From: Eledone cirrhosa | Taxonomy: Eukaryota | Direction of reading: 5' to 3' | Length of the DNA stretch: 64,000 nt | NCBI GenBank assembly: GCA_964016885.1 | Contig: OZ024756.1 | Location: 20,646,001-20,710,000 of the forward strand | Part shown: positions 24,819 through 35,400 of the stretch, in pieces | Numbering within the stretch: the stretch's first letter is position 1 | How the letters are laid out: the number at the start of each line of letters is the position of its first letter | Made by a program: the position numbers and the translations under genes | Notes under the pieces: generated by a model | Told to the model about the DNA's origin: nothing | The model's input: the letters and a program-made list of their open reading frames with translations, nothing else | Database searches by the model: none

Positions 24819-25288
24819 ACGAAGGAAATGTTGTAAGGAACCAGGTGGACCATAACGCACCAAAATACTCAATACTTAGGGTAGTAGAGTGGGTAATAGG
24901 AACGAGTAGGACCCCGACGGCTGAGCTCAAGCCGTTTCGACGGCTAATTCTAATTTTAGTCCAGAATTAGCCGTCGGGGTCCTACTCGTTCCTATATATA
25001 TATATATATATATGCTTATATATACACATATCGATCGATCGACAAGATTCCAGATCTCATTCGTTTACCGAGTGGGGTGGAACTCGTTAATTCGGACCAA
25101 GGAAACAATGTTTCCATTGGTCTTCCCATTGCTGATATTATCTACCAGTCACAACTCCAGGCAGACGATAGAACTAATAAATACTACGGAATATAATTAA
25201 GATGTAGCAGGCGTTACCTATTGTTTTGTAATTTCAATTTTCGGACTGGTTCGTCTAAATTCTCATCCTCACCCTGACGACTACACAT
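9399..25288 (-). CDS. CTU2: Cytoplasmic tRNA 2-thiolation protein 2 (CTU2/NCS2), complete, 15 coding exons, 1365 nt, 454 aa
   Basis: Exons (5' to 3'): 25218-25288, 24278-24352, 23588-23726, 21014-21074, 20017-20126, 19519-19676, 18380-18515, 18100-18149, 16558-16639, 15616-15707, 15059-15122, 13437-13552, 11893-11971, 9810-9856, 9399-9483; all introns GT-AG and phase-compatible. Protein has MC start, CVKC..DPFCRDCF..HKFR, degenerate PP-loop LLAYSGGPSS (CTU2-type, not CTU1 SGGKDS), YIDEGA, RLAI...AQGRGA, GFSDDR..VRPL, SIERLTEKF...PSTV..RTSEKL, CTLC and LCFGCR. Confidence 0.96.
9810..9856 (-). CDS. CTU2: CTU2 coding exon 14
   Basis: NKPDLLPTQLTQPNI; cactag / gtatgt; supplies the phase 0 to phase 2 link needed for exon 15. 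Confidence 0.8.
10001..10204. mobile_element. TTAA-flanked piggyBac-like MITE (about 200 bp)
   Basis: TTAA-CCCTCTAGCATTT...AAATGTTAAACGG-TTAA; same family as 21219-21413. Confidence 0.8.
10934..11275 (+). mobile_element. tRNA-derived SINE, full length
   Basis: A-box TGGCTTAGTGG, B-box GAGTTCAATTC, conserved body, RTE-like 3' end with (AAATGA)n tail; near-identical inverted copy at 15210-15553. Confidence 0.9.
11893..11971 (-). CDS. CTU2: CTU2 coding exon 13
   Basis: NNVDDDGNDDINDRLCFGCRAMLREM (C-terminal LCxxCR motif); ttttag / gtgagt. Confidence 0.92.
12285..12800 (-). mobile_element. Three tandem or truncated copies of a second tRNA-SINE family (Meta-domain-like core)
   Basis: Each carries GGCACAAGGCCAGCAA...ACTGGTACTTTATTTTATCGACCC..AAGGATGAAAGGCAAAG; AACTGATAATAATAAT is duplicated at 12269 and 12471. 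Confidence 0.85.
13437..13552 (-). CDS. CTU2: CTU2 coding exon 12
   Basis: GWLDTAVCEASALNALNISYNLSNGIQEQQTNGESNCN; ctaacag / gtaatt. Confidence 0.88.
13570..14075 (-). mobile_element. L1/Tx1-type LINE 3' fragment
   Basis: ORF 13807-14031 (AMAKEVVWWTR...FFKYH...RIRMER...FYERWVKVA) resembles the Tx1 ORF2 C-terminus; followed by a 3' UTR ending in AATAAA. Confidence 0.7.
14150..14720 (+). repeat. RTE LINE 3' remnant followed by a 30-bp minisatellite (GAAAAGACCTGTCTAACCCATGTAAGTGTA)n, about 15 copies
   Basis: RPRKTW..VRADLKLL...WRDAVLEKT-like remnant runs directly into tandem copies of its own terminal 30 bp (about 14265-14716). Confidence 0.88.
15059..15122 (-). CDS. CTU2: CTU2 coding exon 11
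   Basis: TSEKLDIQASDKVRSKCTLCK; tttcag / gtgagt. Confidence 0.94.
15210..15553 (-). mobile_element. tRNA-derived SINE, full length, inverted relative to 10934-11275
   Basis: Reverse complement aligns end to end with 10934-11275; ORF track gives near-identical 79-aa pseudo-ORFs on opposite strands. Confidence 0.9.
15616..15707 (-). CDS. CTU2: CTU2 coding exon 10
   Basis: GSSNASIERLTEKFVTELLVEYPSTVCNIT; atatag / gtaagt. Confidence 0.94.
15830..16045. mobile_element. TTAA piggyBac-like MITE
   Basis: TTAACTCATTAGCATTT...AAATGTTAAAGAGTTAA. Confidence 0.8.
16558..16639 (-). CDS. CTU2: CTU2 coding exon 9
   Basis: NLTSKEVAMYNITNNIKPVACHSLTTM; ttccag / gtatgt. Confidence 0.93.
16650..17170. mobile_element. 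(TA)n microsatellite followed by a possible Penelope-like remnant
   Basis: TA array followed by a purine-rich segment and a TTTCGG...CCATCA motif reminiscent of Penelope termini; inference only. Confidence 0.35.
17520..17752. repeat. 86-bp tandem duplication (about 2.5 copies) within a SINE-like remnant
   Basis: AAGATGTG.GCCCCCAACCC-like motif recurs at 17561, 17647, 17733. Confidence 0.85.
18100..18149 (-). CDS. CTU2: CTU2 coding exon 8
   Basis: GFSDDRSDDIMTVRPL; tttcag / gtaagt. Confidence 0.94.
18380..18515 (-). CDS. CTU2: CTU2 coding exon 7
   Basis: NDLLVRIARLTGNRMIMVGTGENRLAILMLADIAQGRGAHISLNV; atccag / gtgagt. Confidence 0.95.
18735..18985 (+). mobile_element. R4/Dong-like LINE 3' fragment (restriction-like endonuclease C-terminus)
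   Basis: VVEVSCP..., EKENIYAELMRNLQLLHPDYTFRFIPVIIGALG and GTVKICKTF motifs. Confidence 0.7.
19519..19676 (-). CDS. CTU2: CTU2 coding exon 6
   Basis: LFSSPESTM...KSSTFKEQLIRHL; ttttag / gtatgt. Confidence 0.9.
20017..20126 (-). CDS. CTU2: CTU2 coding exon 5
   Basis: EGAVLGQSWPQRQEIVLQIKDFCERMGMPYYITSLEQ; ttacag / gtattt. Confidence 0.93.
21014..21074 (-). CDS. CTU2: CTU2 coding exon 4
   Basis: GLELSKFKKLRFIPEIVYID; ttctag / gtaagt. Confidence 0.93.
21219..21413. mobile_element. TTAA piggyBac-like MITE, intact copy; further copies near 1-125, 3715-3882, 23965-24150, 28935-29140, 29436-29632
   Basis: TTAA TSDs at 21215-21218 and 21414-21417; TIRs CCCTTTAGCA / TGCTAAAGGG. Confidence 0.9.
21851..23310. 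repeat. 31-bp minisatellite (AGGTTGTACTGGGTTACATGGTACCAGTAAT)n, about 47 copies, in CTU2 intron 3
   Basis: Directly visible, highly homogeneous tandem array. Confidence 0.98.
23588..23726 (-). CDS. CTU2: CTU2 coding exon 3
   Basis: DCFLTHVTHKFRSNIGKSKLIRDRDNILLAYSGGPSSSALLRFVKD; ttccag / gtaaga. Confidence 0.96.
24278..24352 (-). CDS. CTU2: CTU2 coding exon 2
   Basis: STRLCVKCQENEAKFVIRQNDPFC; ctttcag acceptor, gtaacc donor. Confidence 0.94.
24896..24995. repeat. Perfect 27-bp inverted repeat (100-nt fold-back) between (TA)n tracts in CTU2 intron 1
   Basis: ATAGGAACGAGTAGGACCCCGACGGCT (24896-24922) is the exact reverse complement of 24969-24995. Confidence 0.93.
25218..25288 (-). CDS. CTU2: CTU2 coding exon 1
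   Basis: ATG TGT...; MCSRQGEDENLDEPVRKLKLQNN, then AG|gtaacg; phase 2 matches exon 2. Confidence 0.85.
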
Positions 25289-26295
25289 TTTTACACAGGA
25301 CTGACAATACAGTAATAACTTCAGTTAACAGATTGAATGTAACTTCAGCTGATGTAATAGTTACTACCTCAGTCGAAGAAGAGCGATAAGAAGAAGAGTT
25401 ACCTCCCCTCAACTACAAAGTCATGAATTTCTTACGTAGTCATTCGATCTGCTAGAAATAGCAGCCACATTGGGGATGTTTCACTTTAGGTAATTTAAAT
25501 TAGAATTAAAATTAATTAAAGTGAAAGTAACCCCCTCCCGTACACAATAAAGTGAAATGTGCAAGTCGTTTAAAAAAAAAAAAAAAAATTAACAAATAAA
25601 TCATTCAGAAAAAAATATTTTCTCAAATATTTCAGTTTATCAATTGCATACACGGTCTCAACTCCTGATTGAGTCGTAGGGGACGCCGTATTGACATACA
25701 GCATTTCTAGGGCATTATCTTTTTTTTTTTTTTTTTTTTTTAACCTGGCAGAGCCCGTCTCCTCTCCATGAATACGGCAGAAAAAGATAGAGACAGTGAG
25801 AGAATGGAAGTGGGAAATAGATAAAGAGAAAGAAGCCACCCCAGTACTAGACTCGTACTTTTTGTATCGACCTTGAATGGATGAAAGGCAAAGTTGACCT
25901 CAACGGGATTTGAGCTCTGCGAGTTCAGAGAGTCGAAACGAATACCAGAAAATACTCTCTCCGACGTTCTAACGACACTGCCAATTCGCTGCCTTCAGTT
26001 TGTCAATTTAAAAATTCTGAGTTCATTTGCTTTGGTAGGCTGACAGATAGAGAATGGATCTGACAATGAGTGTCCCAGTTCGATGGGTGTAACTGCTAGA
26101 TCTTTTCGGTTAGGCTGCCAGCATTAGAGTTTATCGAACATTTTTTTTTAATTTGGCACATATTAATGTAGTTTTCCAAGCTGAATTGCTGGAGTTATTT
26201 CATTTTTTTTCCCAGAAAAATGTTTTAAAAAAGTTATAGAGGTTTAAAGTGTCAGTCGGGGAACAGGATTTGGAAGCTGTCATTTTGTGTGTGTA

Positions 26296-26540
26296 GCTAA
26301 CTCTAACCCTAACCCTAACCCAGTTATTATAATCAATAGCTGTGCTATGGTTCATCCCCAGTTTCCGCTTGTTACTATGGAAACAGGCTTCAATATATTT
26401 GTCAACACGTGCTTTCTTACAGACAAAAGAATTCTCATCGTTACTATGGAAACAGGCATGAATATGTCTGTGGCTTACGATTGGCTAAAATTACCCAAAA
26501 TTTTCAAACTTTTATTGCTAACTCCCTTATTTATTGGTTT
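26296..26540. promoter_or_regulatory. Promoter-like block: two RFX X-boxes, CACGTG E-box, two CCAAT boxes (minus strand), short (TAACCC)n
   Basis: GTTACTATGGAAAC at 26371-26384 and 26440-26453 fits GTHNYYATRRNAAC; ATTGG at 26480 and 26533; CACGTG at 26406; about 1.1 kb upstream of the CTU2 ATG. Confidence 0.55.
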
Positions 26541-27214
26541 ATAGCGAAAATGATTTTCATGGCATTCATTAACCTATAAATGTGTATCGTTACACTGAAT
26601 ATGAAATCAATTCGAACAGAAATTGCCGCTGGCAGTCAAACCGAAAAGATCCGAACTGCTTATTCGTGAAACTAACATGTAAGTGGCTGAGCATTCTACA
26701 GACATTTGTACTCTTAACGTAATTCTCTGGGACATTCAGCGTGACATGTTGTATACCAAATACTGACCATTTAAATTACATGTACAGTCTCCTCAATTTT
26801 ACTCGCACGGCATGGGTCGACATGAGGATATGGCAAATGGCACTTGTCCAAGATACCAGACAGGGGAATCTTAATTATTGTGAAGCAAGCTACTCAATCC
26901 TTCGGCCATGCTGCATCTATACAGACAGATATAGAGACCCCCTTCAGTCACAAATGACCACGAGATTTACATCTAGAAAGTTCCGCTCCAAGGTTGTTTT
27001 TGTGGAAGACCAGCAATCATCCATGCACACCAGTCTCCCCTCTCCACACCACTGATGTTGTCCAAGGGTAAGGCAATGGCCGATAAGGCTTGGTACCAGT
27101 GATGTTGCAACTCATTTCCTACAGTTGAGTAAACTGGAGCAACGTGAAATAAAATGTCTTGTTGAAGGACACAATACACTGCCCTGTCCAGGAATTGAAA
27201 TCACAACCTAATGA

Positions 27215-27404
27215 TAATTGTTTCTACTTTAGGCACAAGGCCAGCAATTACCCAGTGCATTACTGGTACTTTATTTTATCGACCCCGTAAGGATGAAAGG
27301 CAAAGTCAACCTCGGCGGGATTTGAACTCAGATCGTAAAGGGACGTAACTATGCTAGAAAGCATGGCGTCCGACACTCTACCGATACTGCCAATCCACCG
27401 CCCT
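27215..27404 (-). mobile_element. tRNA-SINE (Meta-like family) nested inside an older SINE (about 26950-27445)
   Basis: Full-length copy with TAATGATAAT duplicated at 27209-27218 and 27405-27414; the host SINE head resumes afterwards (CTAACCACTAAGCCATG). Confidence 0.8.
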
Positions 27405-30400
27405 TAATGATAATAAGTCCAATATTCTAACCACTAAGCCATGCTGATCCTCACAGACAGATATAATATCATATGAAACTACAACTTTTGATCCACTCTA
27501 TTTAGCTGGTTATTAGAACCACCATAACTTGATCTGTTGTGATTACTGGTTAGGATGTTCAGCTCACAATCTTAGGATAGTAAGTTCAATTCCCAGCAGA
27601 GACTTGTGTCCTTCAGCAAGATACTTGATTTCACATTATTCCAATCCACTCAGCTAGCAAAAAAGAGTTGTACCTACAATTCAAAGAGCCAGCCTTTTCA
27701 CTTACTGTGGCGTGCTGAATCTCCCTGAGAACTATGCTATGGGTGTATGTGTCTGTGGAATGTTCAGTCACTTTCACGTTAATTTCATAAGAAGGCTGGA
27801 ATACTCATCTTCGGAACCGACAGAAGTTCAAGACATATAACTTATACAATATTTCATTATCAGCATCATCTTATCCACCACCATTATCATCATGAACCTG
27901 GTGTATGTTGAGTCAACTTTAAACCTCTTGACCTGCAAGAAATAACAGCCAAATCAGACTGTAATGATTCTTGATTTTATTAAATCTAGAGCGATGAAAC
28001 GTCAACCCAGAGACATTTGAAAATGTAAAAGGATGGAATTTAAATACCACCAGACATTTTCTCCAATATGACCAATTCTACTATCCATTGCCCTAATAAT
28101 TAATTTGGAGGGAGGGATTTTTCAATTCAACCACAGAACATGTTAAAAGTTAAGTTAAAGTCTGTTTTAAGCCAAAGACTCATCAGGCCAGTGCTTATCC
28201 CTGGCATTAAGTGACTGAGAGTACAAGACTTCCCCCAGGATAGGACACCGGCCTATTGCAGGATTAACTCCCCAGTAACTACTGGTGCACACACTCAGCT
28301 GAGTATGATGGAGAAACATGAAATAAAAGTGTTTTGCTCAAAAACACAACACAGCAGCCTGTCCAGGAATTGAACTGATGACATGATTGTACGTCAAGCA
28401 TCCTAACCATTAAGCCATGTAGTTTCAGTACATGGCTGATACTTTATTTTATCAACTCTAGAAGAGTGAAGGCAAGGGGAGTCTGCAAGCCAGAGTAGTC
28501 AGTCTTCTTGTCTATGAGAACAGTAACTCTGAATAGTGGTAACTCTCAGGAGGGCTGGACAGCAGGTCTTCAGAGAAGAAACCCCTCTCAAGCGAGTGTT
28601 TCAGCCTTTAACTTTTGAGTATTAATACAGGGTAGAAAGGACTCTTTAGTTCTACTGCAGACAACCTTTATAGTGTTTTGTGGTACAATAAAATGCACCC
28701 AGGTCAGGCTGTAAAGATGTGAGTGATATGAAGGGCATCCAACCATAAAAAATATACCCAAAATAAAGATGACATACACAATGTAGCAAATTGGCAGAAG
28801 CATGGCAGTTGGTCAAAACGTTTCTGTTCTTAGTTCAAATCCTTTGAGTCTTTTCTGGTACATTTCTCAGACCAACTGGGAGGTGACCCAGAGCAAGATG
28901 GTTGGATAACATCCATGAGCTCAGCTGGCCTTGTTTAACCCTTTAATGTTCAAACCGGCCAGAATTCTCTACTTCTTTCTGTTGAAACTGGTCGCTCAAA
29001 CTGATGTTAAGGTATTGTTCTCAAAATAAATACTTTCAAAATCTCAGATTCGATATTATGTGAGATAATTATGCGAGGTAAAGCCTTTACCATGAAAATA
29101 TAATAGTATATATTGAGTAATGTGAATGCTAAAGGGTTAAATGTTCTTGTGTATTTAGTGAAGCTGTACAATTAATTGGGTCTACGAAGTATTGATTAAT
29201 TAAAATGGAAATAATTCTTTAAAAATTATTAACAGTTGTCTTGTGTATATAGTAACCAATGGTAACAGTATGGGCCAATCAATGCTAACTTATGTATTTT
29301 GGGGGTAGAATACATTAATCTGATTGAATAGTTAAGTGGTTTGCTTCACAATCATAAGATATCTGGTTCAATTTCTTGGATGTCATTTACTATAAGGCTT
29401 GAACAGAAACTGTTTTGAAGCCTGTATCTGTAATTTAACCCTTTAGCATTTAAACCAGCTGTATCCGGCCAGAATTGTTTCACCTCTTTCTGTTCAAACT
29501 GGCTGTAACCGGCCACTCATACTGATTTTAAGGTATTGTTCTCAAAATCTCAGATTTTATATTGTGAGATAAAGACTTTTCTATAAAAATTTCAACAGTA
29601 TATATAGAGTAATGTAAATGCTAAAGGGTCAACCATGTCACATTGAATCCGAGAATTGTGATAAGAGTATATATCTATAAAATGTTAGGTATTTGCACAA
29701 TTTTATGAACAGGCTATTGATCGAAGTACTGGAACACTTATCTAAACCAACAAAGGTTTCATTCCATTAACAGTTTTTAAAGATGAATAAACTTTTTTCC
29801 TGTTTAGTCAAGGGTTTTCAGGTTTGGTGAGAGGAGAGTATCCTCAAACTGCAGATCTTGCATGAATGCTTGCAACATACCACCAAACATTCTACCTGAT
29901 GCTCTAATAATTCTGTTAATCTACCCCCTTGGATTGGTAGTTTATTTTATCATGACCAAAAAGATGTAAAATAAATTAGATCACAGCAGTATTTGAAGTA
30001 AAAAACAAATACTGCAAGAAATTTTGTTCTCTACCCTAACTTTAATTTCAACAGTTTTGTTGCTTCTATAGCATTTTGACTGTTAGCAGAATCGGTAGAA
30101 CATTGAATAAAATGACTATTCTGAATTCATATCTTGCTGATGGTTAGCTTTTCTTTCCATAATTTCTTCATCTTATTTAATTCAATTAAACTAAATATAT
30201 ATATATATTTATATTTATATAAAGTGCAGGGCAATAAAGATAGACGGTAGCCAGACCCAGAAAAACCTGGGACGACATGATAAATTCCGACCTCACACGC
30301 TTACACCTCTCCAAGACAATGTCACTGGACCGAGACCTTTGGCGGTACTCAGTAATAGAGAAGACCCGCCTTACCTAAATACAAAGTAAAAACCTACTAG

Positions 30401-30548
30401 TCAGTAGGCATCTCTATCAAAACACACCCCCGTCCCACCACCTCCACCCCATCCACACCGCCCCTTTCAATGTAAAGTTATGTTGGTCCCACAACATCCA
30501 GGCCGAAACAAATGAGATCGTGTAAGTGTCACGACAAAAAAACACAGT

Positions 30549-30875
30549 CCACGCTGTAAATGTGGCCGTGTAGGCAACACGGTAAAAACCTCCCAGCCCC
30601 ACACTGTAAATGTGGTTGGTGTTAGGAAGGGCATCCAGCTGTAGAAAACCCGCCAGACAGTCCACGCTGTAATGTGGCCGTATAGGCAACACGGTAAAAA
30701 CCTCCCAGCCCCACACTGTAAATGTGGTTGGTGTTAGGAAGGGCATCCAGCTGTAGAAAACCCGCCAGACAGTCCTATGCGAGCAAGACAACCACTCTTG
30801 CCTCAAGTGGGAAAACCCCCGTCCAAACCCATGCAAGCGTGGAACACGGACGCTAAACCCGATGATGATGATGAT
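30549..30875 (+). mobile_element. SINE/RTE-tail element with an internal 113-bp tandem duplication and a (TGA)n tail
   Basis: CCACGCTGTAA...CCCGCCAGACAGT at 30549 and 30662; ends GGAACACGGACGCTAAACCCGATGATGATG. Confidence 0.75.
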
Positions 30876-32419
30876 ATAAACACATGAATCAGCTCTATAG
30901 GAAATAAAGCAAAAAAACAGAAATATTTGGAATAGAAACTTTATTTTCTTTAAACAAAACCCCACCTAAAAAACAAAACATGAAAATAAAACAAAAACAG
31001 TAACATATATATATTTGATAATTGGTTAACTTCAATAACCGTGAATTTGGAGCAACAGTAGTCAGAATAAAAAACATGGAATATGAATATATCACTTAGG
31101 TTTCCAATAAGATATCCAATAGCTGACTCAATGAAAAGAATACTTGTTGCATGACATGGAATATTATCTAGCTATAATAAAAGATGACCCATCCTCTGTT
31201 TTTGTCATACAGGTCTGCCTGTTGTTATAGGAAATGGATTATGTGTCATTAGTTCTATCATAAAGTAGATATGAGAAAGTAACTACTTTATGATAGAAAG
31301 AAAATAACAGTAACACATTGAATGCCAACTGTAATGGAATGTGCAAGCAAGACCTGGTCCCTAATCCATCTAAGAGGAGAGTATTTCCAAATAAATGATT
31401 TAAGATATGATTACATGTCTAACCCATGCCAGCAGACAAAAGTAGGTTTAAAAATGACTATAATATAATCATCATCTTTGACTTGTAAAATTTCCCTATC
31501 ACAATAAAACCAAATATAAAAAAAATATTAAACCCATAACATACTGTACTATGATTGACAGGAAAAAATATATTTCAAGAATATATTTCTTAAAATTAAT
31601 CTTATCTTTATATTTTTTACTACACATATCTATCGATATCCAACTTATTTTTCAGGTCACATAGTGTTAAGTGAATAGTAAAATTTACTTAACAAAATAT
31701 ATTTTGCTAGTTTCATTATTTAATTTTACAGATAAACATTTTCATAAATATTTCAGGGTGCATTTCTCTGCTCCAAATTTATATAATATATTAATACTTT
31801 ATAAATCTTAGACGACCTAATGGTAGATCAGGTACATTCACTCTAAATTCCACATTATTTAAGGTCTTGTTTCAGCATCAGCGAAGGTAGTCACTTCATC
31901 TGCACTTGTAAATCTTCCTCACCAGCAGTCAGTTACGTTTATTACTACTGTTAATCTTCATGCCAGTCGAACATCCCATCATGCAGCAGAACCAATGTTC
32001 ATCCTCTATTTTGTAGTGACCTCTTGGATGTTGCTCCTCATAAAAGCTCCTTGTTGCCTGTTGTTGTAGTTGGTCTAACTTGATGTTTCAATAATCTTTA
32101 TATCAGTGGTTTTCAAAGCAACATATTTCATTACACAAGGTACCTGAAAGTAGATACTGTGAAAGACCCACCACCAAAAAAAAAAAAAAAAAAGCTGCCT
32201 CATCCAAATCCTTGGACTTCCATCAGAATGTTCAGCAGTTACCAATCAGAGATGCTACACCAGGTGGCAGTTGGTATCCACAGCTCTTTAACTTCATCTG
32301 GTTGACTGTCCATAATATGTAATACTTCACCTGAAATGAAAGAAACAGAAACTCTCCACCTCTCAAGTTACACAACTTGAATTATCACCACTCCATTGGC
32401 TTCTTGTCATCAGTTGTTT

Positions 32420-35400
32420 CAATCCACCTTGATGATGTCACAGATGTTCCATTCCACCATGACGTCAGAGATGTCCCACTCCTCCTTGATGATGTCAGAT
32501 GTTCCACTCTTCGATGTTGTCAGATGTTCCATTCCACCTTACTGATGTCACAGATGTCCAACTCCACCTTGATGATGTCACAGATGTCCCACTCCAACTT
32601 GCTGTCATCACGGATGTCTCAATCCACCTTTATGTTGTCAGATATTCCACTCAAGCTTGATGTTGTCACAAATGTCCCACTCCAACTTGATGTCATCACA
32701 GATGTCCAACTCCAACTTGCTGTTATCACAGATGTTCCACACCGCCTTGTTGTCACAGATATTCCACTCCAACTTGCTGTTGTCACAGATGTCCCACTCC
32801 AACTTGCTGTCGTCACAGATGTCCCACGCCAACTTGCTGTTATCACAGATGTTCCACTCCGCCTTGATGTTGTCACAGATGTCCCATTCCGCCTTGATGT
32901 TGTCACAGATGTCCCACTCCAACTTGCTGTCATCACGGATGTCTCAATCCACCTTTATGTTGTCACAGATATTCCACTCAAGCTTGATGTTGTCACAAAT
33001 GTCCCACTCCAACTTGCTGTCATCACGGATGTCTCAATCCACCTTTATGTTGTCAGATATTCCACTCAAGCTTGATGTCACAAATGTCCCACTCCACATC
33101 ACCTTACTGATGTCACAGATGTCCCACTCCACCTTGATGATGTCACAGATGTCCTACTCCACATTGGTGATATCACAAATGTCCCACTCCACCTTGATGA
33201 TGTCACAAATGTCCTACTCCACATCACCTTACTGATGTCACAGATGTCCCACTCCACCTTGATGTTGTCACAAATGTCCCACTCCACCTTGATGTCCCAC
33301 TCCAACTTGCTGTTATCACAGATGTTCCACACTGCCTTGTCATCACAGATGTCCCACTCCACCTTAATGTCACAGATGTTCCACTCCAACTTGCTGTCGT
33401 CACAGATGTCCCACTCCAACTTGCTGTCGTCACAGATGTCCCACGCCAACTTGCTGTTATCACAGATGTCCCACTCCGCCTTGATGTTGTCACAGATGTC
33501 CTACTCCACATTGGTGATATCACAGATGTCCCACTGCACCTTGATGTTGTCACAGATGTCCCACTCCAACTTGCTGTCATCACGGATGTCTCAATCCACC
33601 TTTATGTTGTCACAGATATTCCACTCAAGCTTGATGTTGTCACAAATGTCCCACTCCAACTTGCTGTCATCACGGATGTCTCAATCCACCTTTATGTTGT
33701 CACAGATATTCCACTCAAGCTTGATGTTGTCACAAATGTCCCACTCCACATCACCTTACTGATGTCACAGATGTCCCACTCCACCTTGATGATGTCACAG
33801 ATGTCCTACTCCACATTGGTGATATCACAGATGTCCCACTGCACCTTGATGTTGTCACAGATGTCCCACTCCAACTTGATGTCATCACAGATGTCCAACT
33901 CCAACTTGCTGTTATCACAGATGTTCCACACCGCCTTGTTGTCACAGATATTCCACTCCAACTTGCTGTTGTCACAGATGTCCCACGCCAACTTGCTGTT
34001 ATCACAGATGTTCCACTCCGCCTTGATGTTGTCACAGATGTCCCATTCCGCCTTGATGTTGTCACAGATGTCCCACTCCAACTTGCTGTCATCACGGATA
34101 TCTCAATCCACCTTTATGTTGTCACAGATATTCCACTCAAGCTTGACGTTGTCACAAATGTCCCACTCCACATCACCTTACTGATGTCACAGATGTCCCA
34201 CTCCACCTTGATGATGTCACAGATGTCCTCCTCCACATTGGTGATATCACAAATGTCCCACTCCACCTTGATGATGTCACAAATGTCCTACTCCACATCA
34301 CCTTACTGATGTCACAGATGTCCCACTCCACCTTGATGTCATCACAGATGTCCCACTCCAACTTGCTGTTATCACAGATGTTCCACACTGCCTTGTCATC
34401 ACAGATGTTCCACACTGCCTTGTCATCACAGATGTCCCACTCCACCTTAATGTCACAGATGTTCCACTCCAACTTGCTGTCGTCACAGATGTCCCACTCC
34501 AACTTGCTGTCGTCACAGATGTCCCACTCCAACTTGCTGTCGTCACAGATGTCCCACGCCAACTTGCTGTTATCACAGATGTCCCACTCCGCCTTGATGT
34601 TGTCACAGATGTCCCATTCCGCCTTGATGTTGTCACAGATGTCCCACTCCAACTTGCTGTCATCACAGATGTCCCACTTCAACTTGCTGTCATCACAGAT
34701 GTCTCACTCCAACTTGATGTCACAGATGTCCCACTCCACCTTTGTTGTCAGATATTCCACACAACCTTGATGTCACAAATGTTCCACTCCACCTTGATGA
34801 TGTCACAGATGTCCTACTCCCCATTGGTGATATCACAGATGTCCCACTGCACCTTGATGTTGTCACAGATGTCCCACTCCAACTTGATGTCATCACAGAT
34901 GTCCAACTCCAACTTGCTGTTATCACAGATGTTCCACACCGCCTTGTTGTCACAGATATTCCACTCCAACTTGCTGTTGTCACAGATGTCCCAGATATTC
35001 CACTCCACTTTGATCTTGTCAGATATTCCACTCCACCTTGATTTTGTCACAGATGTCCAATTCCATCTTGATGATGTCACATGTTCCATTCCACCTTGAT
35101 GTTGTCACATGTTCTACTCCACCTTACTGATGTCACAGATGTCCCACTCCACCTTGATGTTGTCACAGATGTCCCACTCCAACTTGCTGTTGTCACAGAT
35201 GTCCCACTCTGCCTTGATGCTGTCACAGATGTCCCACTCTGCCTTGACGCTGTCACAGATGTCCCACTCTGCCTTGATGCTGTCACAGATGTCCCACTCC
35301 AACTTGCTGTCGTCACAGATGTCCACTCCAACTCGATGTCATCCCAGATGTCCCACTCCACCTTGATGTTGCCACATGTCTTACTCCACCTTACTGCTGT

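Noticed and set aside
26296-26321. Telomeric (TAACCC)n
   Set aside because: Only about 4 units, internal, so not a chromosome end; noted as part of the promoter-like block.
31800-32143. Minus-strand exon after a strong acceptor as a coding terminal exon
   Set aside because: All three frames stop within about 70 nt of the acceptor; kept only as a possible non-coding exon.
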